This document shows, one piece after another, positions 11,085 to 22,830 of a DNA stretch of 63,167 bases (its first letter is position 1; each line of letters begins with the position of its first letter). Both the position numbers and the translations under genes were made by a program. The DNA lies in contig JAWMAR010002559.1 of the NCBI GenBank assembly GCA_036785375.1, forward strand, positions 62,001 through 125,167, in the 5' to 3' direction. This DNA is from Leucoraja ocellata (Eukaryota). The notes under the pieces are model-generated. The model was not told the origin of the DNA. It saw nothing but the letters and a program-made list of their open reading frames with translations, and did no database searches.

Positions 11085-11680
11085 TCTGAGGCCCTGTACA
11101 AGAAGGGACAGAGCTTTCTGAGAAGGCTCCGCTCCTTCAACATCTGCAGCAAGAAGCTGCAGATGTTCTACTAATCGGTGGTGGCCAGTGCCATCTTCTT
11201 CGCTGCCGTGTGCCGGGGCAACAGGGCGAAGGCTGCGGATGCCAATGGGATCAACAAGCTCATCAGGAAGGCCGGCTCCATCCTGGGGGCGGAGTTGGGT
11301 TCACGGGAGGTTGGTCTTGGAGAGGAGGATGCTCCTCAAACTGTGGAGCATCCTGGACAATACAGCTCACCCCCTCCGTGACACATTGGTCAACCTGAGG
11401 AGCACATTCAGCAACAGACTGGTTCCACCAAGATGCAGCACAGAATGCCACAGGAGATCCTTCTTCCCTGTGGCTATCAAACTGTACAACTCCTCCCCCT
11501 TCTGTCATAGTGTAGACTGAGACTGACTCGCCTCCCCACCACCCCCCTCCCATGTAATCTTTGCACAGCCCCCAAGCCTTTCCACTCGTCATTTTAATTT
11601 CATATTTCAAGTATTTTGTGTTTGTGTATTTTGTGTATTTAGTTCTCTCCTGGGATATATAAAGTTCTATTGTGTCGTAT
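11085..11680 (+). mobile_element. Rex1/Babar-type LINE 3' fragment
   Basis: VVASAIFFAAVC...KLIRKAGS...AHPL...RRSFFPVAIKLYN. Confidence 0.75.
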
Positions 11681-12896
11681 CGTATTGTAAAAGTTGCCCC
11701 GCACATCTCCTTTATAATTTTCCCCTCTCACCTTAAAGCTCTGCCCTCTCAACCTTGACATTTGCACCATGTGAAAAAGATTCTGACTGTCTACCTTCTC
11801 AATGCAACTCATAGTTTTATATATTTCTATCAGGTCTCCCGTCAGCCTTTCAATTGGGTGGTGAATCTGTGGAATTCTTTGCCACAGACGGCAGTGGAGG
11901 CCAAGTCAGTGGTTATATTTACGGCAGAGATAGATGGATTATTGATTAGTACGGGTGTCAGAGGCTATGGGGTGAAGGCAGGGGAAGGGGAGGGAGAAAT
12001 AGATCAGCCATGATCGAATGGCAGAGTAGACTTGATGGGCCGAATGGCCTTATTGTGCTCCCATCACTTATGAACATGAACTCCAGAGAAAGTCTATCCA
12101 ACCTCTTCTTTAGTTTAGTTTAGAGATACAGCGCGGAAACAGGCCCTTCGGCCCACTGTGTCCATGCCTGCCAGCATTCCCGACACATATACTATCCTGC
12201 ACACACTAGTGACAATTTACAAATATACCAAGCCAATTAACCTGCACACCTGTATATCTTTGGAGTGTGGGAGGAAACCGGAGCACCCGAAGAAAACCCA
12301 CGTAGGTTATGGGATGAACTTGCCAACTCCGTACCGACAAGCACCCGTAGTGAGGATTCAACCTGGCTCTCTGGTGCTGTGAGGCAGCAACTCTACTGTT
12401 GAACCACTGTGTGCCCCCCTTAAAACCCCTTATTGGTAATACTCTCTAAACTAGGCAGCGTTGTGCACCCTGACCACATCCTTCCTGTAATGGGGTGACC
12501 AGAACTGCACACAATGCTTCAAATAATTTTATCTAAACTTCCTTATCTTAGAAGAGGAGCGAGGAAATATAGGAAGTATGTTGTCAAGCAGGAAAGGGTG
12601 CAGCGAAGATTCATGAGGATGTGGCCAGGACTAGAGGGCCTGAGCTATAGGGAAAGGTTGAGCAGGCTAGGACTCTCTTCCTTGGAGCGCAGGAGGATGA
12701 GCGGTGATCTTATAGAGGTGTTTAAAAATCATGAGAGGAATAGATCGGGTAGACGCACCAAGTATCTTGCCCAGAGTAGGTGAATCGAGGACCAAAGGAC
12801 ATAGGTTCTAGTGTGTGTGTTAGTGAATTCCAGCATCTCTCATGGACCAATAAACCATTTGCCTTTACATAGACATGACAGTGTGTGGCTACACAC

Positions 12897-13616
12897 ATTC
12901 TACAGTGAGGGTCACATCCCTCTCTGCTGTCCCGTGTTTATTCACCTCCACACACTGATAGACCCCAGCGTCCTTCCCTGTCAGCTGAGGGAATTGAAAA
13001 GACTAGGCTTGTATTCACTGGAGTTTAGAAGGATGAGGGGATATCTTATAGAAACATATAAAATTATAAAAGGACTGGACAAGGTAGATGCATGAAAAAT
13101 GTTCCCAATGTTGGGCGAGTCCAGAACCAGGGGCCATAGTCTTAGAATAAAGGGGAAGCCATTTAAGACTGAGGTGAGAAAAAACTTTTTCACCCAGAGA
13201 GTTGTGAATTTGTGGAATTCCCTGCCACAGAGGGCAGTGGAGGCCAAGTCACTGGATGGATTTAAGAGAGTTAGATAGAGCTCTTGGGGCTAGTGGAGTC
13301 AAGGGATATGGGGAGAAGGCAGGCACGGGTTATTGATTGGGTACGATAAGCCATGATCACAATGAATGGCGGTGCTGGCTCGAAGGGCCGAATAGCCTCC
13401 TCCTGCACCTATTTTCTATGTCTATATCTATGTCCATCCACAGCTCGTTGCTGGAACGTGTTGTGTTCAGTGTGACACCGGGATGTCTCCACGTCAGGTT
13501 AGATGCTGGGAAACTCTGGAGGGAACAGAGGATCGCTGCAGAGTTTCCTTCTTTTATACTGACCCAGGAATTGTTCACATTGTCGGGGGAAGTGATTGAG
13601 AGATTCTGAGCGGCGT
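12897..13616 (-). pseudogene. Siglec-like copy A Ig exon 3 (C2), interrupted by a CR1 insertion
   Basis: 13616-13431 encodes YAAQNLSITSP..IKEGNSAAILCSLQSFPASNLTW..NELWMD; 12992-12897 encodes IPQLTGKDAGVYQCVEVNKHGTAERDVTLTVE; rejoined 282 nt, phase 1-1. Confidence 0.85.
12993..13430 (+). mobile_element. CR1 3' fragment (438 bp) inserted in Siglec exon
   Basis: LKRLGLYSLEFRRMRG-LIETYKI, CR1 3'UTR and CTAT(G/A)T tail abutting exon sequence. Confidence 0.9.
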
Positions 13617-14491
13617 CTGCAAACAGATAACATTCAGCAACCAGTTTTGCGGCACTTTCGTTGATCCTTGTAAAAGACTTTAGTCTTCAGACTTTAGAGA
13701 TCCACTGCAGAAATAGGCCCTACAGCCCACGGAGTCCGCGCCAACCATCGATCACACATTCACACACTAGTTCTATGTTTAGGGAAATGAGAGATATAGA
13801 CAATGGTGTAGAGACATATAGAACAAAGAATGAAAGATATGCAAAAGATTAACGATGATAAAGGGAACAGGCCGTTGTTAGGGGTTTGTTGGGTGAGAAC
13901 AAGAAGCTGATGAGACTTGGGTGGGGGAGGGATGGAGAGAGAGGGAATGCCGGGCTACCTGAAGTTAGAGAAATCAATATACATACCACTGGGCTGTAAA
14001 CTGCCCAAGCAAAATATGAGATGCTGATCCTCCAATTTGCATTTAACCTCACTCTGACAATGGTGGTGTCCGAGGACAGAAAGTTCAGTGTGGGAATGGG
14101 AAGGAGAATTAATGTGTTTAGCAACCAGGAGATCAGGTAGGTCATACATCTCTCTACATCATCGTCTATATCTCTCGTTTCCCTTTCCTGTAACTTTCAG
14201 TCTGAAGAAGGTTCTCGACCCGTCACCCATTCCTTCTCTCCAGAGATGCAGCCTGTCCTGCTGAGTTTCTCCAGCTTTTGGTGTGATTTGATTAGTACGG
14301 GTGTCAGAGGATATGGGGAGAAGGCAGAAGAAAGGGGTTAGGAGAGAGAGATTGATCAGCCATGATTGAATGGCAGAGTAGAGTTGATGGGCTGAATGGC
14401 CTAATTCTGTACCTATCGTCTATGACCTTATATACCAGCGCTGCTAATAGATTGTTGATGTTCCTGCACAATAAACGATCTCCGTACTTAC

Positions 14492-14785
14492 ATTCCACAG
14501 TCAGTGTGAGGGTCTGCTCCGATGACACAGTTGGGTATGTGACTCTGCAGGTGAGGTTTTGCCCGTGATGTTTGAGCGCTGGGGTCAGGGACAGAACAGA
14601 AGTATATGTCAGAGTGTCACCCTGCTGAGTTACGCTGTGTGAGGCTGACGGTGGTACATCAGCGGGGGTGACCCAGGTTAAGGTGGGTGCCGTTCCATCA
14701 CACGTGGTGCTGAAGGAGCAGGTCATGTCCACAGGCTTTCCTGCCACCAATTCAGCAGGGAATATCGTGGGTTTATCCGTGAAAT
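14492..14785 (-). CDS. Siglec-like copy A Ig exon 2 (C2-set)
   Basis: DFTDKPTIFPAELVAGKPVDMTCSFSTTCDGTAPTLTW...TSVLSLTPALKHHGQNLTCRVTY; canonical AG/GTAAGT, 294 nt, phase 1-1; extra Cys typical of Siglec domain 2. Confidence 0.92.
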
Positions 14786-15231
14786 CTAACACACAGAGAA
14801 ACAAATACTGTTAGTTAAATATCACTGGATACATCGGTTCACATCGAAATCCTAGTCCCACACGAGCAAGGATGTTTTTACAAGGTATAGAAGTGTGAAA
14901 ACACACATCTCCAGATTCAGGGACAGTTTCTTCCCAGCTGTTATCAGGCAACTGAATCATCCTACCACAACCAGGGAGCAGTCCTGAACTACTATCTGCC
15001 TCAGCAGAAAGATTGCAATCAAGCCATTTGCAGTGTATGGATACATGATAAGGGAATAACGTTTAGTGCAAGGTAAAGCCAGCAAAGTCCAATCAAGGAT
15101 AGTCCGATGGGTCACCATTGAGGTCAACAGTAGTTCAACACTGCTCTCTGGTTGTGGTAGGTTGGTTCAGTTGCCTGATAACAGCTGGGAGAAACTGTTG
15201 AGTGAATGAGTGAATTATACAGAGCACTTAC

Positions 15232-15597
15232 CAGTAACAGTGAGCTGTGTTACAGGGAGGTAGATGTAATTATTTCCCCTTCTGAATTCAACTCTGAAAA
15301 AATAAGGACCTGCATCTTGCTGCGTGATGTTGTCTATAACCAGGGAACAGTCGTTGTCTTTCAGGATTCCTGACAGCCGGGTCCGATGCTGAAACTTTGT
15401 TGATTCTAGACTGTGATTCCTGGAGTGGAAGGCTACAGAATCTTCGTTGTACGACTCACTGTTAAACCAGATTCCAGTCCGTGGTCTACTGTTCAGTTTC
15501 GACGGGTATGTGTAGTTACATGGAATCCGTGCACACAAACCATTCTGCGCTGTCACAGCTCCGGGAATGTCCGCTCTCCACTTTCCCGACATCACGG
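15232..15597 (-). CDS. Siglec-like copy A V-set exon (sialic-acid-binding domain)
   Basis: W..VTAQNGLCARIPC...DCSLVIDNITQQDAGPYFFRVE: Siglec Cys arrangement and the essential F-strand Arg; canonical splice sites, 366 nt, phase 1-1. Confidence 0.93.
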
Positions 15598-15731
15598 CTG
15601 AGGAGAGAAGGAACAATCTTTAGCAGTGAACACCCTGTCAGTTCACTGGACTTTCCACACCGTTTATCCTGCGTTGTGGACGCGGTGTGAACAGAGCGTA
15701 GAAGAGCAGCATGGTGGCGTAGAGGTAGAGT

Positions 15732-15869
15732 CTCCCTCCTCACCGCCCCTCCCCCAGTGCATCACTCCCACCTCACCGCCCCTCCCCCAGTGCATCACTC
15801 CCTCCTCACCGCCCCTCCCCCATTGCATCACTCCCTCCTCACCGCCCCTCCCCCAGTTCATCACTCCCC
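15732..15869. repeat. 33-bp minisatellite, ~4 copies, in Siglec intron
   Basis: CTCCCTCCTCACCGCCCCTCCCCCAGTGCATCA units. Confidence 0.9.
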
Positions 15870-15900
15870 GTAAACACTTCTGAGTTGCTGCTGATGGTAC

Positions 15901-15940
15901 CTTGGAGAAGGGAGAGGAGGAAGAACGATCTCCCGATCAT
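15901..15940 (-). CDS. Siglec-like copy A start/signal-peptide exon (MIGRSFFLLSLLQ; exon spans 15901-15982)
   Basis: tttctcttccag acceptor at 15983, ATG at 15940, caag|gtacc phase-1 donor matching the V exon. Confidence 0.82.
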
Positions 15941-17166
15941 TGTCCGATCCCAGATATCCCGTCAGTTACCCGATGTCCCGGTCTGGAAGAGAAAGTTATT
16001 GCAGTAAAACTCCAGCGACCAATATACATTAAGCAACATGGATGCAATGCTGAGGCTCTATGAGGAGCTGGTGAGGCCACATTTGGAATATTGTGAGCAC
16101 TTTTGAGCCCTGTATTTGATGAAGGATGTGGTGGCTCTGGAGAGGGTCCAGAGGAGGTTTACAGGAATGGTCCCAGGAATGAGTGTGTTTACATATGAGA
16201 GTGTTTGTCAGCACTGGGTCTGTACTAGCTGGAGTTTAGAAGAATGAGGGAGGACCGCATTGAAACCTACCGAATAGTGAAAGGCTTGGATAGAGTGGAT
16301 GTGGATAGGACTTTTCCACTACTGGCAGGGTCATAGCCTCAGAATTCAACGTTGTTCTAGGAAGGAGATGAGGAGGAATTTCTTTAGTGAGAGGGTGGTG
16401 AATCTGTGGAATTCTTTGCCACAGAAGGCTGTGGCGGCCCAGTCAGTGGATATTGTTGAGGCAGAGAATGATAGATTGTGAATTTGTGCGGGTGTCACGG
16501 GTTATAGGGAGAAGGCAGGAGAATGGGATTAGTAGGCAGAGTTGGATCAGCCATGATTAAAAGGCGGAGTAGATTTGATGGGCTGAATGGCCTAATTCTG
16601 CTCCTATCACATGTCTGTAAATATCACCAAAAGCATACGCTGCACCAACTACATTGAAGCTGTGGTCAATAAAGCAACTGATGTCTCATCTTGCTCAAAA
16701 GATGAAGGAAGTTCAGCATTTCTCCAGTGACTCACACCAACTTCTCCACATGAACTGTGAAAGAACACTGTTAAGTTGCGTTACACTTTGGTTTGGGACC
16801 AGCTCTGCCCAAGACCACAAGAAATTGCTCAGAGCTTAGTTTAGTTTAGAGATACATCACAGAAACAGGCTCCCACGGCCCACAGACCATGCCGACCACT
16901 TCACACACTAGTTCTATGTTTACTTTTTGAGATACAATACGGAAACTGGACCTTTACCCCACCGTGCCCCATCGACCAGCGATCACCCGTTCACACACTA
17001 GTTCTGTGTTTAGTCTAGAGATACAACGTGGAAACAGGCCCTTCGACCCATCGAGTCTGTGCCGACCAACGATCCCCCGCACACTAACACTATCCTACAC
17101 ACGCTAGGGACAATTTACAATGTTGCCAAGCCAATTAGCCTACAAACCTGCATGTCATTGGAATGA

Positions 17167-17710
17167 AGGGGGAAGGAATGTGTGGGGAGGGGTTTGTGGG
17201 GTTGCGTGACTAGGGGGTGTCGTGTGGGTAGGGGAGGGAGTGTGTGTGGGAGGGGGGTGTGGGGGGTGAGTGTGGGGGGTGAGGGTGGGGGGTGAGGGTG
17301 GGGGGTGAGTGCGGTGGGGAAGGGGTGTAGGGAAGGGGGGTGTGTGGGAGTGTTGGGGCGGGGAAGGGTGTGTGTGGTGTGTGGGGGAGGGAGTTTTGGA
17401 AGGTGGGGTGGGGAGGGCGGGTGTAGGGAGGGGGGGTGTGGGGGGAGGGGGGCTGTAGGGGAGGGGGGCTGTAGGGGAGGGGGGTGTAGGGGAGGGGGGG
17501 TGTAGGGGAGGGGGGTGTAGGGGAGGGGGGTGTAGGGGAGGGGGGGTGTAGGGGAGGGGGGGTGTAGGGGAGGGGGGGTGTGGGGGAGGGGGTGTAGGGG
17601 AGGGGGGGTGTAGGGGAGGGGGGGTGTGGGGGAGGGGCTGTAGGGGAGGGGGGTGTGGGGGAGGGGGAGTGTGGGAGGGGGGGTGGGGGAGGGGGAGTGT
17701 TTGAGGGGGG
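17167..17710. repeat. G-rich (GTAGGGGAGGGGG)-type low-complexity tract
   Basis: Directly visible; adjoins a truncated HE1 SINE. Confidence 0.9.
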
Positions 17711-19672
17711 TCAACAGCCCACACTCTGCTGCTTCAGCTTTATTCTCGGCAGCTTCTGGACGGGCGACATCTGAACCGTTTTTGAGCAAATTTAAAAACA
17801 ACACAGAGGGGAAGTGGTCAAGATGAGAGTTTTAGTAATAGTGTAGACAGAAGATAGATTGTATCAGGATGCATCGCAGCTTGCTTTGGGAACAGCTCCA
17901 TCCAACATCGCAACAGGTCCTTCGGCCCACCATGTCCATGCCAGCCCTTTTTTCAGCCCATCTATTGGTCTGATTGTATAATTGCCATGTGTACCAGAAT
18001 TCAGTGTTTGCACGCAACCCAGGCTGGTCGTACTGTATAAGGACATAAGAGATAGGAGCAGAATTAAGCCATTCGGCCCATCAAGTCTGCTCCACCATTC
18101 AACCATGGCCGATATATCTCTATCTCCTAACCCCATTCTCCTGCCTTCTCCCCATAACCTCTGACACCAGTACAAATCAAGAATCTATCCGTCTCAGCCT
18201 TAAATAATCCACTGACTTAGCCTCTACAGTCTACTGTGGCAAAGAATTCCACAGATTCACCACCCTCTGACTGATGATATCCTTCCTCATCTCCTTCCTA
18301 AAAAGAACATCCTTTAATCCTGAGGCTGTAATCTCTAGTCCTAGACTCTCCCACTAGTGGAAACATCCTCTCCACGTTCACTCTATCCAAGCCTTTCATT
18401 ATTCTGTCTGTTCCCCCCTCATTCTTCTAAACTCCAGCGAGTACAGGCCCAGTGCTATCAAACACTCATCATATGTTAACCCACTCATTCCTGGGATCAT
18501 TCATGTAAACCTCCTCTGGACCCTCTCCAGAGCCAGCACATCCTTCCTCAGATATGGGGCCCAAAATTGCTCACAATATTGAGTACAATATATAGTGAGA
18601 GTCATTGGAGAGGGAGACACTGAAATACCTTCACTGTTAGAGTCAGGCCCAACGCAAATTGGGGAACAGCACCTCATATTACGCTTGGGCAACTTACATC
18701 GGTACGATTATCGACTTCTCTAACTTCATAGCCTTGCTTTCCCTCTTTCTCCATCCCTCCCCTTTCCTATTCTACAACCAGTCTGACGTCCCCTTGATTA
18801 AATCTTATCTCTGTTTGCTTCGTTGTCACCTTCTCCTAGCTAACAATGATCTATTCTACATTTTCATCCAACCTCATTCTCTTTGCCTTGTTTTCACACC
18901 TTTCGCTTCCTTATCTCTGTGCCTCCCCCTCACCTGACTTTCAGTCTGAAAGACGCTCGACACGAAACATCACCCATTCCTTCTCTCTGATTCTCAGATT
19001 CGGGGACAGTTTCTGCCCAACTGAATCATCCAACCACAACCAGAGAGCAGCGCTGAACTACTGTCTACCTTTTTGATGACCCTCGGACTATCCTTGATCA
19101 GACTTTGCTGGTTTTACCTTGCACTAAACACTATTCCCCTATCTGTACACTGTAAATGGAACAATTGTAATCATGTGTAGGATGGAACTGCAGATGCTGG
19201 TTTAAACCGGTTAGACACAAAATGCTGGCTTAACTCAACAGGACAGGCAGCATCTCCTGAGAGAAGGAATGGGTTTTCACACCTTACCCTTCCATATCTA
19301 GACTCTGGATAGAAGAAATGGGTGACACTTCAGGTCAAGACGAGATGCTGCTTGTCCCGCTGAGTTACTCCAGCATTTTGTGTCTATCTTTGATTGTAAA
19401 CATGTGTTGTCTTCCCTCTGACTGGTTAGCTTGGAACAAAGGCGTTTCCCTGTAACTCACTGCACGTGACAATAAACTAAACTAAATTCTCCAGAGATGC
19501 TGCTTGTCCCGCTGAGTTACTCCAGCGCTTTGTGTCTATCTTTGGTGTGAACCAGCATCTGCAGTTACCTTAATACACAAAGTATTTCAGTGATCAGACT
19601 CTGCACAAAGTCGCAACTCAGCTGAACTGGTGGTTGTACGTGGGAACGAGCGACAGACACGGAATTACGTAC

Positions 19673-19760
19673 CTGGGTTCTGTCCGCTGGTCAAGTATCG
19701 ACTGACAAACACTCAGGGGGCCAGTGTCCTGATCCTCAGCGGCCGTCACTGTGTGGAGAA
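19673..19760 (-). other. Probable non-coding first exon of Siglec-like copy A
   Basis: Strong donor cccag|gtacgt at 19672 in unique sequence just downstream of ETS motifs; start approximate. Confidence 0.5.
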
Positions 19761-19789
19761 CACAAATGTGTAGAGGGGTAGCTTAGCAT

Positions 19790-19820
19790 CTGAAAACGGA
19801 AGTAAAATAAGGAAGTATTA
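19790..19820. promoter_or_regulatory. Tandem ETS/PU.1-like sites, probable Siglec promoter
   Basis: AAAACGGAAGT (to 19803) and AAAATAAGGAAGT (to 19816) directly upstream of the putative first exon. Confidence 0.45.
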
Positions 19821-19837
19821 TTTTATCAGCAAACGGT

Positions 19838-22830
19838 TAAGTAAGTAAGTAAATAAGTTTATTGGTCATGTGTCCATATACAAGGAATTTGCCTTGGTGC
19901 TCTGCCCACAAGTAACAACATGACATACAGTGACAGTTACGAATGACTCAGAAAACACGAAACATTAATAATAATAAAACATTAATGATAAAACACCATT
20001 GATCAAGCATGTGAACCAACAAAATACCAGATCAAAGGGAGGCTACCAATTTTTGGCTGTTGAGTAGAACAACTATTCGTGGATAAAAACTGTTTTTATG
20101 TCTGGCTGTAGCAGCTTTGACAGTCCGGAGTCGCCTTCCAGAGGGAAGTGATTCAAAGAGTATGTGGCCAGGGTGAGAGGGGTCAGAGGTGATCTTGCCC
20201 GCTCGCTTCCTGGCCCTTGCAGTGTACAGTTCATCAATGGAGGGACGGTTGCAGCCAATAACCTTCTCAGCTGATCGGACGATTCGCTGCGGCCTCCAGG
20301 TGCCGTGCTTGGTGGCTGAGCCAAACCAGACCATGATGGAGAAGGTGAGAACAAACTCTACGACGTCCGTGTAGAATTGGACCATTATTGCCTGTGGCAG
20401 ATTGTGCTTCCTCAGCTGCCGTAGGAAGTACATCATCTGTTGTACCTTTTTGACTGTGGGGTCGATGGTAGCCCCCCACTTAAGGTCCTTGGAGATGATG
20501 GTTCCCAGGAACTTAAAAGACTCCACAGATGTGACTGTGGTGTTGTTGATGGCGAGTGGGGTGAGGGGAGGGGGAGCTCTCCTAAAGTCTACAATCAATT
20601 CCACTGTCTTAAGAGCATTGAGCTCCAGGTTGTTGCGATAGCACCAGGACACCAGCTGTGACACTTCCTGTCTGCAGGCAGATTCCTCCCCATCCTGAAT
20701 CAGTCCAATCAGGGTTGTGTCATATGCAAACTTGAGACGCTTGATAGAGGAGTCAGTGGAGGTGCAGTCGTTGGTGTAGAGAGAGCAGAGGAGAGGAGAG
20801 CGCTTTGCGGTGCTCCTATGCTGAGTGTTTGCGGGTCCGAGATGTGCTTTCCCAGCCTCAAAAGCTGCTTCCTGTCTGTCAGGAAGCTGGTGATCCACCG
20901 ACAGAGGGGTTCACGCACAGTCAACAAGGAGAATTTGGAGTGTAATAGCACTGGCACAATGGTGTTGAATGCAGATCTAAAATAAACAAATAAGATCCTC
21001 GCATAGGTCCCCTGGCGGTCTAGGAGCTGTAGGATGAAGTACAGGCCCAGGTTGACTGCATCATCCACAGATCTATTGGCCCGATATGCAAACTGCACAG
21101 GGTCCAGCGTGATATTTTTGAACTTGGCCAGCATAAGCCTTTCAAGTGTCTTCATGACTACAGAGGTCAGTGCGACAGGCCTGTAGTCATTAAGACAAGT
21201 GATCCTTGCCTATTTGGGTACAGGGAGAATAGTGGAGACTTTGAAGCAGGCAGGAACAGTACATGTTTGCAGGGACTGGTTAAAAATGTCTGTATAGACC
21301 TTTGTTGTGGGTGTAGAAAGGCCCAGTCTTTGCAGACTGAGGTCAGACTGTGAGTGGGTGTGAAGTGTTGGTTGGGGTGGGAAATGGTCCAGTCTTTTCA
21401 GACTGCAGTCTTGCCTTAAGTAGGTGTGAAGTGGTGAATGGGAAGGAGAGGGTGCAGGGTCGATTCTTTGCAGACTGGGGTCTGGCTGTGTTGGTTGGGG
21501 TTACGTTTCCGATTTTCAAACCTGCAGTAAAACTCATTCAGGTCGTTGGTCAAAGAGCGGGGACCTCCCTCTTGTAGCTGGTAATTTCATGCCCCTCCAA
21601 ACTGAAGAAGGGTCACTAGCTGAGAACTTGCTCCGCTATTTCTCAGAGTACCTTTCCTTGGCAGCTCTGATTCCTCTTCTCAGCTTGTACTTGGCCTGCC
21701 TGTAGAGGCCTGCATCCCCGCTCCTGTAGGCCTCCTCTTTAGACTGCCGGAGCTGTCTGAGTTCTGCAGTGAACCAGGGCTGTTGCTGTTGAACCATGGT
21801 GTTAGTTGGAATGCAACTGTCCTCGCAAAAGCTGACATATGATGATACAGTGTGATACAAAGCCAGGTCTCGGTGAAACACAGGGCAGCAGCTCCTTGTT
21901 TGTCGGATGCAGGAGTTGCAGTTCGTCCACTTTGTTCTTGAGAGAATGTACGTTTGCCAGGAATATGCTCGGGAGTGGTGTGCGTGATCCTCGTCGAGTG
22001 AGTGCTCCAGAGCATTTCCCACGGGTCCTCCTCCGTCTCAAGACCTTGAACGCAGTCAAGTCAAGTCAAGTCAAGTCAAGTTTATTTGTCACATACACAT
22101 ACGAGATGTGCAGTGAAATGAAAGTGGTAATGCTCGCGGACTTTTGTGCAAAAGACAAACAACAAAACAACCATACAAATTGGTGAGATAGGCGTTTACA
22201 GTCCGAATTGCCTCTGGGAAGAAACTCCTTCTCAACCTCTCCGTTCTCACCGCATGGCAACGGAGGCGTTTGCCTGACCGTAGCAGCTGGAACAGTCCGT
22301 TGCAGGGGTGGAAGGGGTCTCCCATGATTTTGTTTGCTCTGGAGTTGCACCTCCTGTTGTATAGTTCCTGCAGGGGGGTGAGTGAAGTTCCCATAGTGCG
22401 TTCGGCCGAACGCACTACTCTCTGCAGAGCCTTCTTGTCCTTGGCAGAGCAATTCCCAAACCAGATGGTAATGTTCCCGGACAAGATGCTTTCCACCGTC
22501 GCTGCGTAGAAGCACTGGAGGATCCTCGGAGACACTCTGAATTTCCTCAATTGCCTGAGGTGGTAAAGGCGCTGCCTTGCCTTACTCACGAGTGCTGAGG
22601 CGTGTGATGCCCATGTCATATCCTCGGCGGGGCTGAGGCCAGTCACAGCCCCGCCGACGAGTACGTCCAAATAATCCAGCGAGTGAGAGAAATCCGCAAC
22701 AATATTTGCAGGTATCGTATGTCCGATGTTTATGAATACATCTCTCATAAAAGTAATCTTTGTAGGGTTTTCAGACGACACAAACGAACAAACACATACA
22801 AAACAGCAAGGAGCAGTACACCGTGGCCGC
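19838..22830 (-). mobile_element. Rex1/Babar-type LINE, decayed and internally deleted
   Basis: ORFs 20032-20898 and 20709-21155 (QFAYRANRSVDDAV, KFAYDTTLIGLI); endonuclease start PSIFLANVHSLKNKVDEL; (CTTA)n tail at 19838. Confidence 0.85.
22056..22625 (-). mobile_element. Second Rex1-type 3' fragment nested in the first
   Basis: KARQRLYHLRQLRKF...RLRRSFFPEAIR with a (CTTGA)n tail; same family at 35420-35780 (+). Confidence 0.8.

Noticed and set aside
15732-15869. Resemblance of CCTCCTCACCGC repeats to the human PRDM9 hotspot motif
   Set aside because: PRDM9 specificity is allele- and species-specific and the local fingers are degenerate; the match is expected by chance in C-rich DNA
10184-15940. 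Assigning the symbol MAG, CD22 or CD33
   Set aside because: Family is clear but orthology cannot be set without a phylogeny; domain count and TM differ from MAG
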